Positions 48,934-62,461 of a stretch of DNA of 64,000 nucleotides are shown piece after piece. Within the stretch, counting starts at the first letter, position 1; each line of letters begins with the position of its first letter. Below the pieces are notes generated by a model. That model saw only the letters and a program-made list of their open reading frames with translations, was not told the DNA's origin and searched no databases. This DNA comes from Octopus vulgaris (Eukaryota), in the NCBI GenBank assembly GCA_951406725.2, contig OX597816.1, forward strand, positions 46,562,001 through 46,626,000, given 5' to 3'. Position numbers and translations under genes: made by a program.

Positions 48934-51304
48934 GGTATTTCGTTGCCAAAAATTATCTGGAGGCTGTACATTTGTGAAGATGAATGGAATTAAAAATCCC
49001 TTATTTAAAAGACAAGTAGAGGTTTACAACAGAAAGTGTCTCCAGCTGTAAAAGTCAATGCCTTAATTATGTCTTCGTCTAATTCATACTAAGCATGAAA
49101 AAACAGACTTAAAAGAAATACATACACACACCCTCCACTCTGTTAGGAAGCACAAGCCACGTTACATACATGAGAGGAACTTCTGCCTACCAAATCTACT
49201 CACAGGGCTTTGGTCAGCCCGAAGCTATAGCGAAAGATACTTGCCTGAAGTGCCACACAGTGAGACTGAACCTGAGATCATTTTGGTTGAGAAGCAAGTT
49301 TCCTAGACACACAGCCATGCCTGGCACTTAGATTTATATCAGCTTCATGCATGAAGCGAAGCATGAGAAGTAAAGCTATCCTTTCAGAAAAGAGAAAGAA
49401 AGCAATACTTACAGTGGATTTGAACTCTCAAACCACCACCTAACAGTCCAATATCAAACATGCTTTTTATACCACTATTTAACAGCATCTCTATCTGCCT
49501 GTCTACACATACACACACACTTGGTCAGTGTAGTCTAGAAACAGGTTGGATAATTTTGTTGTATATTGATTTTATGAACTGAAACCTGTATTTTGTCCAA
49601 ATTTAAATTACTATCTTAACATTTCCTTTTCTCTTCATCAAATCTCCCATTTCTCTCTGTCAATATTTTTTTCTACCATTTTATCAATTTATGAGCTTCA
49701 CTTTGATGTGAACTAGTGTAATTAATTTATTCCAAGTGTTCTTTCACCTTTATTTCTTGACTTCTATTTCTAATATCCAAATACATTGCATTTCCATGCA
49801 AAAAAGCAAAGTGGTATATTTCCTTTTCACTCTATTTGTTTCCATCTGACCTGGAGTTGACCTATTTTCAGTTCACCAAAGCAGGTCTTCTATGCTCCTC
49901 TGGCCACCAAGATTCCATAAGGGATAAAGTTTTAGAGGAAATGTTTTAAGTGGTTTGGTAAGGAAATTACTATAGGGTTAACAAAAGGGGAGAGTTGTGA
50001 ACCAGGTTTATTTGAAGGTGGGGTAGGGGTAATACATGGTTTTGCTGGTTCAGAGAAACCAAGGTCTGTTGCAGTCAACAATCATGGTACAAGACAAGGA
50101 AGAAACAATATTTTGTGGATGCTTATTTGTGATTGCAATTTTGGCAGTGAATGAAAGCTTACCAATCACCTAGCTTTTTTTCTTTTTGTAGAATCTATAA
50201 TATTTTGGCACAAATGGGTTTTATAGAGAGCCAGTGTCTATTCAAAACTAAAGCAGATTTTGGCCCTTGTCCATTTATTATTACTGAATATAAAATGTAG
50301 TTTGCTATTTCAATAGTTTTCTTTGTTTTAAATTTGATAAATGGGTAAATTACTTTTCTTGGGTCCATAAAAAAGCAACTGATTTACACGGTGTTTGTAG
50401 TTTCACTGTTACATAGCAACTGTCTTAATCATTATGGATTTAGGATTTAGTTCACTTGCCTAAGAGATATCAACAGTTGCTATAAATGTAACCTGAAAGA
50501 TTGGGGAAACATAACCTTTAACCTTTGTTTCAATATGCAATGTTTTTAGTATATCAACATTATCTACACGAGCAAAAATGTTTGCTTGATTTAAAGCCAA
50601 ATCATTTCAAAATGTTTTTGTTACCCGTGTATTCCCATCTGTTGCTCATTTCCCAGCCTGAAAATTCATGACCCTATCCATGTTTTAGGGTTTGGTCATT
50701 TCCATGTGGTTCCTTTAAAATAATTATTCACATCTATAATTAATTAATTGACAACAAAACATGACAATCCTACCATGATTTATCTACCTGCTGGCCTAAT
50801 TAACCACTTATTCTATATAATTTTCACTTGAACTTTGTTGCTACGGTGTATTCTATCAATTGTTTTTATAGTTGGAGACATTATTTTTGCTATCATTACC
50901 TTTGTCGTCATTATCATCATCTTGTTTTTCCATGCTGGCATAGCTTGGACAAGTCTTTTCTGATACATCAGCATCTTGCCACTTGTCACAGCTCATTGTT
51001 ATTTCTTTTGTATGGTCCAGTATCTTGAGATCATCCCTCACAACTTCTCACATATTATTCCTTGGTCTACCTTTTTTGCAGATCATTTGTCACTCTTTTC
51101 ATATATTTCACCTCAATATTTTCACATTCCTTCTTTTCTATGCTGTTATTGATTAGATTGGCTGACTCTAAAGTAGAGTACTTTTATCCATCTAGCCACT
51201 ACACTTCTGTGACATTATTTTTCTCCATGAAGAAATAAATTATCTTTTTGGATAAACTTTATGAAGGACAAAATTATTTCTAAAATCATATCAACAAGTT
51301 GTTT

Positions 51305-51605
51305 AGGCACATGGCTATGTGGTTAAGAAGCTTGCTGTATAATCACATTGTTTCAGGTTCAATCTCACTACATGGCACCTTGGACAAATGTCTTCTACTA
51401 TAGCCTTGGGCCAACCTGTGCCTTGTGAATGAATTTGGTAGAATGAAACTGTATGGAAGCCCATTCTGAATATATGAATGTGTGTGTATCTTTGTCCACC
51501 ACAATAGCTTGCCAGCCACTGTTGGTTTATGTATGTTCCTGTAATTTAGCAGTTAGTCAAAACGAGAAAGATTGATGAAATAAGCTCCAGACTTAAAAAT
51601 AAAAG
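51305..51605 (+). mobile_element. SINE family A, degenerate
   Basis: GGCACATGGCTATGTGGTTAAG...GGCACCTTGGACAAATGTCTTCTACTATAG. Confidence 0.75.
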
Positions 51606-54263
51606 TCTATGGAAATTTTTTAAATTTGGTATGTTAGCGTAGTTTCCCAAACTGAATTGCTGGAGTTATTTCACTTTTTCCAGAAAATTTTTTAAAAAAG
51701 TTATAGAGGTTTAAAATTTCATTTTCACCCAGCCAGGAAACAGGATTTGGAAGCTGTCATTTTGTGTATGACTGCACATTTTGTCAACATCATGAAACTA
51801 GCATGTGTTTGTTTGTATTCTACACATGGAAAATGAATGAACAACATGTCTTTTGTAGTTTTAAGCATTCAATATGCATTTAATTTGACAAACAGCACAT
51901 TACAAATGAAATATTTCTCAAAATAAGAGGTTTATAGCATTAACTTTAAAGATTTATCCAAAAAAAAAAATCAAACAGATTGGTGAAATTTCCAGGTGGG
52001 TAAAACCAAAGAACACTGCATCAACAAGTGGTTTCAATATATTTGTAACATATGCTTTCTCACAGACAAAAGAGTTCTCTTGTTCAGCTTGTTACTATGG
52101 AAACCGGCATGAATGTGTCTATGGCTTATGATTGGCTAAAATTACCCAAAATTTTCAAACTTTAATAGCTAATACCTCTTTATTTATTGATTTATGGCAA
52201 AAATGATTTTCATAGCATTGGTTAGCCTATGAAAGTGTATCAATAAACTGAATATGAAATCAATTGGAACAGAAATTGACCTTGGCAACCAAACAGAAAA
52301 GATCCAAATTTTCTCTTAAATCTCGAATGATTTTAACCTTCAGACCTGGGCTCCTGAGCAAAATCCTAACTAGTTGCACACACAGCTTAAGAGTTTGCAG
52401 GCAAACTAATAGACAGAACTGACTGCATCTCCTTTTTCTATGTGTGTTAACCTATTCCTGCTATAGCAAGAACAGAACATGGTGTGATAGGGTTAAGGGC
52501 CACTGCTTATCTCTGGCTTCACAATGAGAATCTAATAATAAGATAAATTTCCCCTTGGGTCAATTACTATCTAGTAATACTCTCCAATGTGCTAAGGTGA
52601 ATGTAGATTATTAACATGCTCTTCCTCATGTCATTTGATACTAGCTCATGATATCAGAGTATGTTGTTCAATAGCCCTTTTATTGTCATTAAGCTTCTAC
52701 TACAGACACCTTATATGTTAATGTTGTCCCTTTCATCATCCACTTTGAATGAATATGCCTTTGTTGTTATTTGAACCCCAAGTTAACTCATTGAACAAGC
52801 CCATGATCAAAAGCAGTCCAGCTTCACAGTTCGTGTGTCTGTAAGTTGGCTTCTGTCATCATTGAAACTACACACCCTCTCTCTTTCTCCTTCTCTTCCT
52901 CTTTGAGACTCCCACCTTTCACTCCCCTACCCCCCCCCCACTTATTCTTCCATCCTCTTCTCACTGTTCCACTCCTCTCTTTCTCCTCTACCCTTTGTTT
53001 CTCTTTCCTGTCTTCACTCCCTCACTCTTTTATTTTTCTGTACTTCCTCTGTTAATTGTTTTAGACTATATACAACATAAGTAATCTATTCATTCCAATT
53101 GCTGATCACCCACTCTCGTTTAAGAATACTCAAAATGATGAACAAGAATATTATAAATGACTACATCTATTAAACTTTATTTGGAAATATAGGTACCATA
53201 TCATTTGCAATGCTGGTAATGTTACCTGCTTCCAATCAATGAGCAAATTTATTTCCCATACACAAAACACCATACAACCAGCACACAACCCTTAGCCCTT
53301 AAAAGTAACTAGTTGCTGGTTAATAGACATTTATTTACATTACATTTTATTATATGGTCATATTTATTTATCTTTTTTAATTTGTATCACAGTTTGCAAG
53401 CAATGACATCCTTGGTTACATATTTCCAGTGGACGTAATTATTGGTTCATTGCATTTCTGATAGACAAGGGAGTGCTTGTAACCCAGTGTAGAACAAAAG
53501 TCTCGAGACTTTGTGCATAAACCACCAATTTTTTTCTTGCCTTTATATATATATGTGTGTGTGTGTGTGTGTATACTTCAGCAATGTCACTACACACATG
53601 CTGTTAGTGATTTCTTTTCCTTCTTTGGCCTTTTCCCTTTCTCCTTTCCAATGAAGAGCTATGCTTGAAACATCAAACTCTCTTTTCACCAAGCATCAAA
53701 CTAATACATTCCTTGTGCACATCCTCTTGTTCCTGTTATTTTCATTCATTTTTTTGAATTGACTATATATATATATATTAGCAGAAGATTGCTTGCAGGA
53801 CACATATATCTAGGCATGCACATGTGGACACACACAATCATCATGACATTTTTTACATCCTATGACCAATGCAGACATAAAATAATGATGGTATGTATAC
53901 ATATATATGCACACAAATACTCACTCACACATACAAGCTTATAACACACACACACACACACACACAGATCAGGCTTCTGCACAGTTTTCACTTAGCAACT
54001 TTGATCCACAGGGCATTGGTTAACCCATGACACTTGTTGAAAAAGCTACACATTAATATTAAAACCAGGAACTATAATGGTTGCAATGGGAATACTTTAG
54101 CCATACAACCATGCTTATTTGAGTCCATGCTAGCTGCAAAAAAAAAAAAAAAGCAGTTTTAATGAATTAAAATAAATGTAACTTATCTGATCTTGAAAAT
54201 TCACCTGACCCATTCTCTGGATATTTTATTTAAATATTTCTTTTTCTTTTTTTTATCTTGTAG

Positions 54264-54431
54264 TCAACTGAAAGTGACTTGTCTCTTGATGATGAAGATA
54301 CTGCAATAAATCCCAATGTATCATTCCAAGAATTCATGCAGCAATACCAAGAACTGACTGAGTGGCTGAACCAGATTCAGGCATTCACTCAGCGGAAGGT
54401 GATGAGTCGATCAGAGAAATATCTAAACCAG
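54264..54431 (+). CDS. Second coding exon (56 aa), start of a spectrin-repeat-like helix
   Basis: A long polypyrimidine tract and TAG end at 54263. The exon reads STESDLSLDDEDTAINPNVSFQEFMQQYQELTEWLNQIQAFTQRKVMSRSEKYLNQ and ends at a CAG|GTAAGA donor. It is 168 nt, phase 0/0 and compatible with exon 1. F......L..WL is the spectrin helix A pattern. Confidence 0.88.
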
Positions 54432-54505
54432 GTAAGATGCCAATGTGCCTGGGTTATTTTTTTCTTTTTTTTTTTCTTTCAGAAATTGAAGTATATCCCC
54501 TTCTG

Positions 54506-54724
54506 TTAACCCTTTTGTTACTTTATTTATTTTGAGATGCTCTGTGTTTCTTTCAATTTTAAATACAACAAAGAATTTAGTAAAATAACTTAGTTATCAT
54601 TAAGCTAGTGTTAGTAACATAAATTGTGACTTAAGGTTTGGTGGAAAATTTTAATTCGAAACTTATGAAAACAAGACTACAGAGCCAGAGGCAGTTTCAG
54701 CTGGGTTGGTATCAAAAGGGTTAA
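54506..54724. mobile_element. piggyBac-type MITE family 1, opposite orientation
   Basis: TTAA-CCCTTTTGTTAC ... GTATCAAAAGGG-TTAA. Reverse-complement homolog of 16611-16838. Confidence 0.9.
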
Positions 54725-54884
54725 ACCTATTTGACAGATATTTTCTTTACTCCATTGAGAAAACTTTTATGCAGTTTTTCAACATACTAGAAACAGTAAC
54801 TAAATCTCCCTCATCACACCATGAATGAATGGGTATTTTCAACCACATGTTTGAGGGCTGGTAGGGACTCAGACACAACCATCA

Positions 54885-55017
54885 CTCCTTGTGCCATACA
54901 CTGTGATCTCATGTTGCAATCTTACTTTCTATTAGGCTCCTCCTTATCCATTTCCTGATGTCATCATTCCATTTTGATCTATCTTGTCTTGCAGCCTGTT
55001 TTCCATCCACTCAACCT
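54885..55017 (-). mobile_element. Old RTE LINE ORF C-terminal fragment
   Basis: Minus translation G*VDGKQAARQDRSKWNDDIRKWIRRSLIESKIAT*DHSVWHK resembles the RTE G.V.GKR..GR...W.D.I..W...DR..W ending. Confidence 0.55.
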
Positions 55018-55744
55018 CTGAGGGAACAAGCAGGCACAGAGGTTCTGGGCCCAGATCTTACCATCATCAGAATATAGCAGTATGAAATGAAATGCTGCAA
55101 AATAAGGCATTTAGTCTTGTTTCATAGGGTTTTTGCCAATTTGCTTGGAGGAAGAGGGAATGAGAAAGGAATGTCCCCCTTGTGGAGGTGACATGACCCC
55201 AACCAGGTCCAAGGAGCACAAACCATTACTGTAGGGTGTGATTTAAAGGAGATTTAGTTGCTATGTTTAGCACATTGAGTGGCCATGCAGAGGCTCCTGC
55301 ATTGGCTTATTATACATTGGATATCTATTCTGGCTATGATTTATAGCTCAAATCATTTACTTCAAAATCCACGGTTACAAAAAAAGAATTATTTCACATT
55401 CTGTCAAAGTTTGTAAATTCTTATTACATGAACAATATATCTATATCCACACATATAACAGCGAAACTAAATAATCTGAAACAATATTGAAGTATTATTC
55501 TCTAAGGTTCTCACAAAAATTTAATTAAAAATTCATTTAACTCTTTTGTGACAGTATTTCTGATTATGTATATTGTTTCAATTTTTAAAATAATCAAAAA
55601 TTTGGCAGTAAATTCTCTTTCTCTCATGCATGCACACACACACGTGTGCACACAGAGTAAGACATCTTATTTTACTTTATTCCAAGACTGAATAATAATA
55701 ATAGTAATAATAATAATGATGACGATGACCCTCCTCCTCCTCCT

Positions 55745-56305
55745 ATACAGGACCTGAAATTTTTGGGGAGTGGGAGGGGTCAAGTCAAATACATTGAACC
55801 CAGTGTTCCACCGGTACTTAATTAATCAACCTTGACGGAATTTGAACTCAGAACATAAAGACAGACGAAATGCCACTAAGCATTTTGCCCAGCATGCTAA
55901 TAATTCTGTCAGCTTGCCACCTTATATATATATATACTCTTTTTTCTTTTTACTCCTTTACTTGTTTCAGTCATTTGACTGTGTCTATGCTGGAGTACCG
56001 CCTTTAGTTGAGCAAATCTTAGTAAGCCTAGTACTTATTCTATCAGTCTCTTTTGCTGAAACGCTAAGTTACAGGGATGTAAACACACCAGCATTGGTTG
56101 TTAAGCGATGTTGGGGGGACAAATACAGACACACATATATACGATGGTCTTCTTTCAGTTTCCGCCTACCAAATCCACTCACAAAGCTTTGGTCGGCCCG
56201 AGGCTATAGTAGAAGGCACTTGCCCAAGGTGTCATGCAGTGGGACTGAACCTGGAACCATGTGGTTCGTAAGCAAGCTACTTACCACACAGCCACTCCTA
56301 CGCCT
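55745..56305 (-). mobile_element. Adjacent family B (~55745-55923) and family A (~55945-56305) SINEs
   Basis: Both match the family consensus on the reverse strand. ORF 55842-56372 is their antisense read-through. Confidence 0.85.
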
Positions 56306-57144
56306 ATATAAATGCAATAATAATAATAATAACAGTGAGGATGATTTTATTTACTATCAGTTTGCCAGATGAAGAACAAAAATGATGTTAAAAATAAATA
56401 ATAACAATGAAGATCAATATATTGATTGATGTTGACATTCCTTTGGATATTCTTCATCCATTTAGCTTTCCAACCAACCAACCAACCAGCCAGCCAGCCA
56501 GCCAGCCAGTCTCAGACTCCTGATATGAGTCACTTCTTATCAGATGTTCCCATTTACCAAGATGCCTTTCAAGACAGCCATGCAACAGTGATGCATCCCA
56601 ATGCAAATATCTATAACCAGTAGTAGTTGTAGTAGTAGTAGCAGAAACAGCAGCCGTTGACCAATATTTTCAATGAATGGGATGATGATGTACTTCCTTT
56701 CCTTTTTGCTGCTTCCATTGCCATTGATTGTTGCTTATTCTGAGACTGTTGCTCTGGCTGCTGCTGCCGTTGTTGTCGTCGTCGTTGGTGGCGTTGTCTC
56801 TCTGCTTCTGATAGAAAAGGAGTGATAGTAGAATGAAGATCGAATCTGCTGCAATCAACAGATTCGTTGCTGCTGCTACAGATGGTTGTAGGAATGCACT
56901 TGTTAAACAGCAGCACCAACAGTGGTGGTGATGGTGGTGGTGGTGATGGTTGTGGTGGTGGTGGTAGCTACAGCAGCATAAACAAAATCACTCACATAAA
57001 CAAAATAATTACTCATATCAACATTTAATTTATTAATTATTCATTTTTATTTTTTATTTTTTTATTTTTGAAGTCTGTTGACAAAATCAGTAGTTCTGGA
57101 CTATTTACCTTCAGTAGCAAAATAAATCTAGTTATACCCACTTC

Positions 57145-57175
<31 letters not shown>

Positions 57176-58429
57176 TTCCATATTAAAAGTCTATTGGAAT
57201 TGAGTTCGCCTTGCATTTTTACATGGCCATTAAAGCAAGTAGTAGTAAAATATTGATGTGTGTGTGTGGAGGCGGGGGGTGATTCATATGTCTATCTTAT
57301 CTGTTTCTCAACCTGCTTATCTATTTATTCTTCCATCTATCAATCTTCCTGTCTGACCTTTCTATCTATCTGTCTTCCCTCTCTCTCTGCCTGGCTATTT
57401 ATCTGTTTATTCATCTATCAGTTGTTCACATATATATATATATTATTCATCTATCAGTTGTTCACATAGATATATTCAATGTACAGAATGTTAATAAAAT
57501 TTTATTTCAATAATATAAGCTCACAGCCTAAAAATTTCGATATTTTTTCCAATTCTATTTCTGAAAATAGTTTTTTTATCTCATTAATATCTTTCATTCT
57601 TTATCCAAACAATTAAATAAATTTTAATGAAATAAATTAAATTAAATAAGAAAAATAGAAAGAAACCTAATGATAGCTCCCTACCATTATGTTTCATACA
57701 GATTTGTATTGGCAGGGTTACTAAATACACTATAGTATTATTTTTGTAAATTCTATGAATAAGAGACTACCAGGGTTGGTAGCAGAAGTTAGGAGGAAGC
57801 TAATGAAATGAATAGGTGAAAGTGGTGGATTTGTAGAAAATATTCAGTGGTTCACTAAGTCCAGAAAAAAAAGAAAAAAAAAAGGATGGAAGCCTCATTT
57901 AGTCATTAACAAGCCTTGAATGAAAGTATTTTGTGAAGATGAAGTGTTTAGGAAAAGGATTAAAGGAAGGGAGGGGAAAAAGAGATCCACTTGTATCATA
58001 AAGCCGGTTAGAAATATTCATGGCAGGAGCCATATTCAGCTCCACATTTCATTCTACAGTTGGCAGTTCACAAATAAGGAAATTGCTTTGCCTGAATTAT
58101 AGGAGAGTAAGCACATTTTTTTTCCCCCTCTTGTATTTAAACTGTATTCTACTTCTGTGATTATTTCAATGTTTGTATATTTGATATTTTCCCATTTAAG
58201 AACCATCAGTAATTCAGCACTTTTACTACTGACAAAAGAAAACATGTTTGTTCACACATACATACTCTCTCTCCTTCCTTTTCTCTCTCTCTCTCCCTCC
58301 CATTCATTAAAATGTTATAGTAATCAATGTAACTGTCCACACATACCTGTTTGGTCGTTCATGGTTCCAGTATTAAAATCTGTTTCAGTAATGTCAAGGT
58401 TTTCATATAGAAAACAAGATTTTGTTACT

Positions 58430-58559
58430 TGTGTGTGCATGTATACACACACACACACGTGTGTGTATGATATAAATATGTTTATATGTATATATGTATG
58501 CACACACACACACACTCGTGTTTGTGTGTGTATGATATAAATATGTTTATATGTATGTA

Positions 58560-58596
<37 letters not shown>

Positions 58597-58685
58597 TTGT
58601 GCACACACACACGTGTGTGTGTGTATAATACAAATATGTTTATATGTATGTATATATATATATGTATGCACACACACACACGTAC
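58430..58685. repeat. Compound microsatellite with higher-order periodicity
   Basis: Three units of (CA)n-CG-(TG)n-TATRATAYAAATATGTTTATATGTAT. Confidence 0.8.
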
Positions 58686-59462
58686 AGTAAACCCCTGATT
58701 TTACAGACTGATTAGGAAAGGTGGCATGTTTGTTCATTCCAAAAGTTTATTAAATTGAAGATAACCTAGGACTATTACTAATGTAAAATTTCAAATATAT
58801 TATACACTATTGCTCAATATAAAACCATTAAATTATTCTAATGAATATATTTAATTTTTGTTTCTCCGAGCTGGCAGAATCGTTAGTGCATCAGACAAAA
58901 TGTTTAGCTGCATTTCTTCCAACTCATTACATTGTGAGTTCACATTTTGCCGAGGGTAACTTTGCCTTTCATCCCTTTGGGGTTGATAAAATAAAGTAGC
59001 AGTCAAGTGCTGGGGTCAGTGTAATCAACTTACCTCTTTCCCTCAAATTCCAAGTCTTGTGTAAAAATTTGGAAGAATTATTATAAATATTATTATTCAG
59101 ACCTTTTATATCAAGGTTTTATACTAGTTCCTGTTTTTGGACTGTTACCATGTTGGAGCATCGAGGTCTTTAAGTGGATCATATCACCCCCAGTACATAA
59201 TTCAGTGTAATACTTATTATATTGATACCCATTTACCAAACTGCTAGATTATAGGACTTCAAGAGACACAAACAACTCTGGTTTTTAGATAACTGTAAAC
59301 ACACACACACACACACACACTAGTCTACCAAATTCACTCACAAGGCATTGGTCAGCCTGGTGCTGTAGTAGAAGACACTTGTCTGAGGTGCCACGCACTG
59401 AGACTGAAACAGAAACCCATGTGGTTGCAAGGAAGCTTCTTAACTATACGGTTATAGCTGTG

Positions 59463-59508
<46 letters not shown>

Positions 59509-59890
59509 GGCGCAGGAGTGGCTGTGTGGTAAGTAGCTTGCTTACCAACCACATGGTTCTGGGTTCAGTTCCACTGCATGGCACCTTGAGCAAGTGCCTT
59601 CTATTATAGCCTCAGGCCAACCAAAGCCTTATGAGTGGATTTGGTAGACAGAAACTGAAAGAAGCCCATCGTATATATATGTGTATGTTTGTGTGTCTGT
59701 TTTTGTCCCCCCACCATTGCTTGACAACCACTGCTCTTGTGTTTACATCCCTGTAACTTAGCAGTTCGGCAAGAGACTGATACATTAAGTACTAAGCTTA
59801 CAAAGAATAAGTCCTGGGGGTCGATTTGTTCGACTAAAGGTGGTGCTGCAGCATGACCACAGTCAAATGATTGAAACAAGTAAAAGAGTA
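59509..59890 (+). mobile_element. SINE family A, full length
   Basis: GGCGCAGGAGTGGCTGTGTGGTAAG...GAAACAAGTAAAAGAGTA, flanked by (TA)n on both sides. Confidence 0.9.
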
Positions 59891-59932
<42 letters not shown>

Positions 59933-60319
59933 AGTGAAATATAAGGAAAAGAAAAATTGTAGGTGTAGATGATCTTTAATTCATAATCCAGGTTGGTACA
60001 GAATCAATTGTACATTCTACAAATTGTTTTGGAGTCTAATTAATTCCAAAGGCAAAAACGCAAAACTCTTTTTTTGAAATAAAACTTAGATTCTTTGTCA
60101 GTAATTACATACTGGTATGAATAACTACGGCCAATAAAAGTATACAAAGATCGGCAGACTTAGATGTTTGACATCCCTGTGAAGGATTTTGGTCCTCACC
60201 TGTTTTTATATATATATATACATATACACACACACGTATATGTGTGTGTGTGTGTGTGTACAATCACACACATGTGTATATGTATGTTTTTAATTATGTA
60301 GTCTTTTATTTATACACAC

Positions 60320-60356
<37 letters not shown>

Positions 60357-61668
60357 CGCACTCACACACACGTGTATATGTATGTGTTTTTAATTATGTA
60401 GTCTTTTATTTATATTTAAGCCTAATGTGGAATGTTAAGAAAAAATGTAGTGAAATTTAGGCATCGTTGGTCAGGAAGGGGCAATATGGTGATTTAACTA
60501 GTTGTACTGGTTTAGTCATTTCAGATTGTGGCTTGCTTAAATATTTAGTGCAAAAAGCTGACCCCAAAATTTAGTTTTTGTTTATTTGAAAGTAATCAGG
60601 ATTTCAACTCTTGGTCATTATCCCATTACTCTTATGGCCTCTCTAAAAATGAAATGGCTGAGTACACTGTAAAGTGGTTAACATTAGGAATGACACTGAC
60701 CCATAAAAACCATGTCAAAGCAGACATAGGAACTTGGTTGCAGTCCACTGGCTCACCAACTCCTTTTGAACTGTCCAACCCATGCCAGCTTGAAAAATGG
60801 ATATTAAATAGTTTTAAATGATGAAAACCTAACTAGATGTCATGTTTCAGTGAAACCTAATGCAGAAATGGTGTGTGGTGTATGAAAGAAATAATTCAGT
60901 ATAAATTGATGAATATATTTGGTTAGTGTACTGAAGATGTAATATTTTCCCATTCTGCAGTGGAAAACTCCTCTCAAAATACTTGGCGTTTCTTCTCACA
61001 ACACACCATACTTCACTTTCTGCTTTTTGCAGCAGGTTTAAAACTGGTTAATGGCACATAAGTTATAATTGTGAGTCACTGATTAATTTTCTTTTTGAAA
61101 TGTTATCAATGTTCCAGGTTTATTATAATGAGTTTGTAACAATAAATCTACTGTAGTGCCAAGATATTTTATTTTTTAAAAAATACCTGTGAAATTAATG
61201 AACTTGATCCTTTTTGGAATTATTACTATACCTGAGTTGGTACACAAAATTTTTGATTTTGATTCACTTATCATCAACAAGCAGTCCAGTTTATATATTT
61301 TATTAAACTGTGGCTGTTCTCTTTCAGCCACTTGTTATCTTTGCCACAAGATTGTTACAATCGCTATACATACATGAAGCTTAAAAAGTAGATTTGAACA
61401 GTCATTAATTCTATAAAATTTATAAAATGAGATTAGGTTGTGTGTTATGTGAAGAAAGAGGTGGATTCTGATATTTTAGGCTTGGTTCTTCTTACTTGCA
61501 GACTTTTGGTAATATTTCTATAGATGTTTCATTGTGGTTTGTGTTAGTATAGTATCAGTAATCTAACACTAGATTTCAAAAGGTTCATTGTTTTTCAGAT
61601 GTTTAGCATCCATTTAATCACTGTTTTAGTGTTCATTTTCCTCTTGCATATCTTAATCATGATTTTAT

Positions 61669-61697
<29 letters not shown>

Positions 61698-61702
<5 letters not shown>

Positions 61703-61950
61703 TCATCACCATCCATTTTCCATGCTAGCATGGATTGGACGGTTTGACCAGGGTCTGGGAAGCCAGGAGGCTGCACCAGGCTCCAGTCTGATCTGGCAGT
61801 GTTTCTAAAGCAGGGTGCCCTTCCTAACGCCAACCACTCCATGAGTGTAGTGGGTGCTTTTTACGTGTCACGAATACAGACACCAGTCAGGCAGCGCTGG
61901 CATCAGCCACATTCAGACGGTGCTTTTTACGTGCCACCGACACGGGTATC
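61698..61950 (-). mobile_element. RTE LINE 3'UTR fragment
   Basis: (CAT)n tail, GCCCTTCCTAACGCCAACCACTCC and GGTGCTTTTTACGTG subrepeats. Confidence 0.85.
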
Positions 61951-62395
61951 ACAACTACAATTTCCATTTGAATTTTATATATATATATATATATAAAATG
62001 ATCAATTTAACTCTCACTTTTCCATGCTTGCATGGGTTGGACAGAGTTTATTTAGATTTTCTACAACTAGATGCTCTTCCTACCACCAACATTTAACTGT
62101 CTCCAAGTAACATAGTATTTCTCCTTGGTCAGACATGTTTTCACAGAATATTGAAAATGAATGACATTTGTTTACAACATTACTTGATGTCAAGACAAGG
62201 AGGCCCCCACCACACACACATACAATGAGCTTCTTCCAGGTTCCACCTACCACTCACAAGGCTTTGGTTGGCTCAGGGCTGTAGTAAAAGACATTTGCTC
62301 AAGGCACCACACAATAGGATTGAACCCAAAAACCATGTGTTTGGAAAACAAACTTCTTAACCGCACAGCCACACCTGTACCAAAATACATACATG

Positions 62396-62453
<58 letters not shown>

Positions 62454-62461
62454 CATGTATA

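Noticed and set aside
55842-56372. 176-aa ORF and similar LVSLVLILSVSF / YSRRHLPKV ORFs elsewhere
   Set aside because: They are translations of the family A SINE reverse strand, recurring at every copy.
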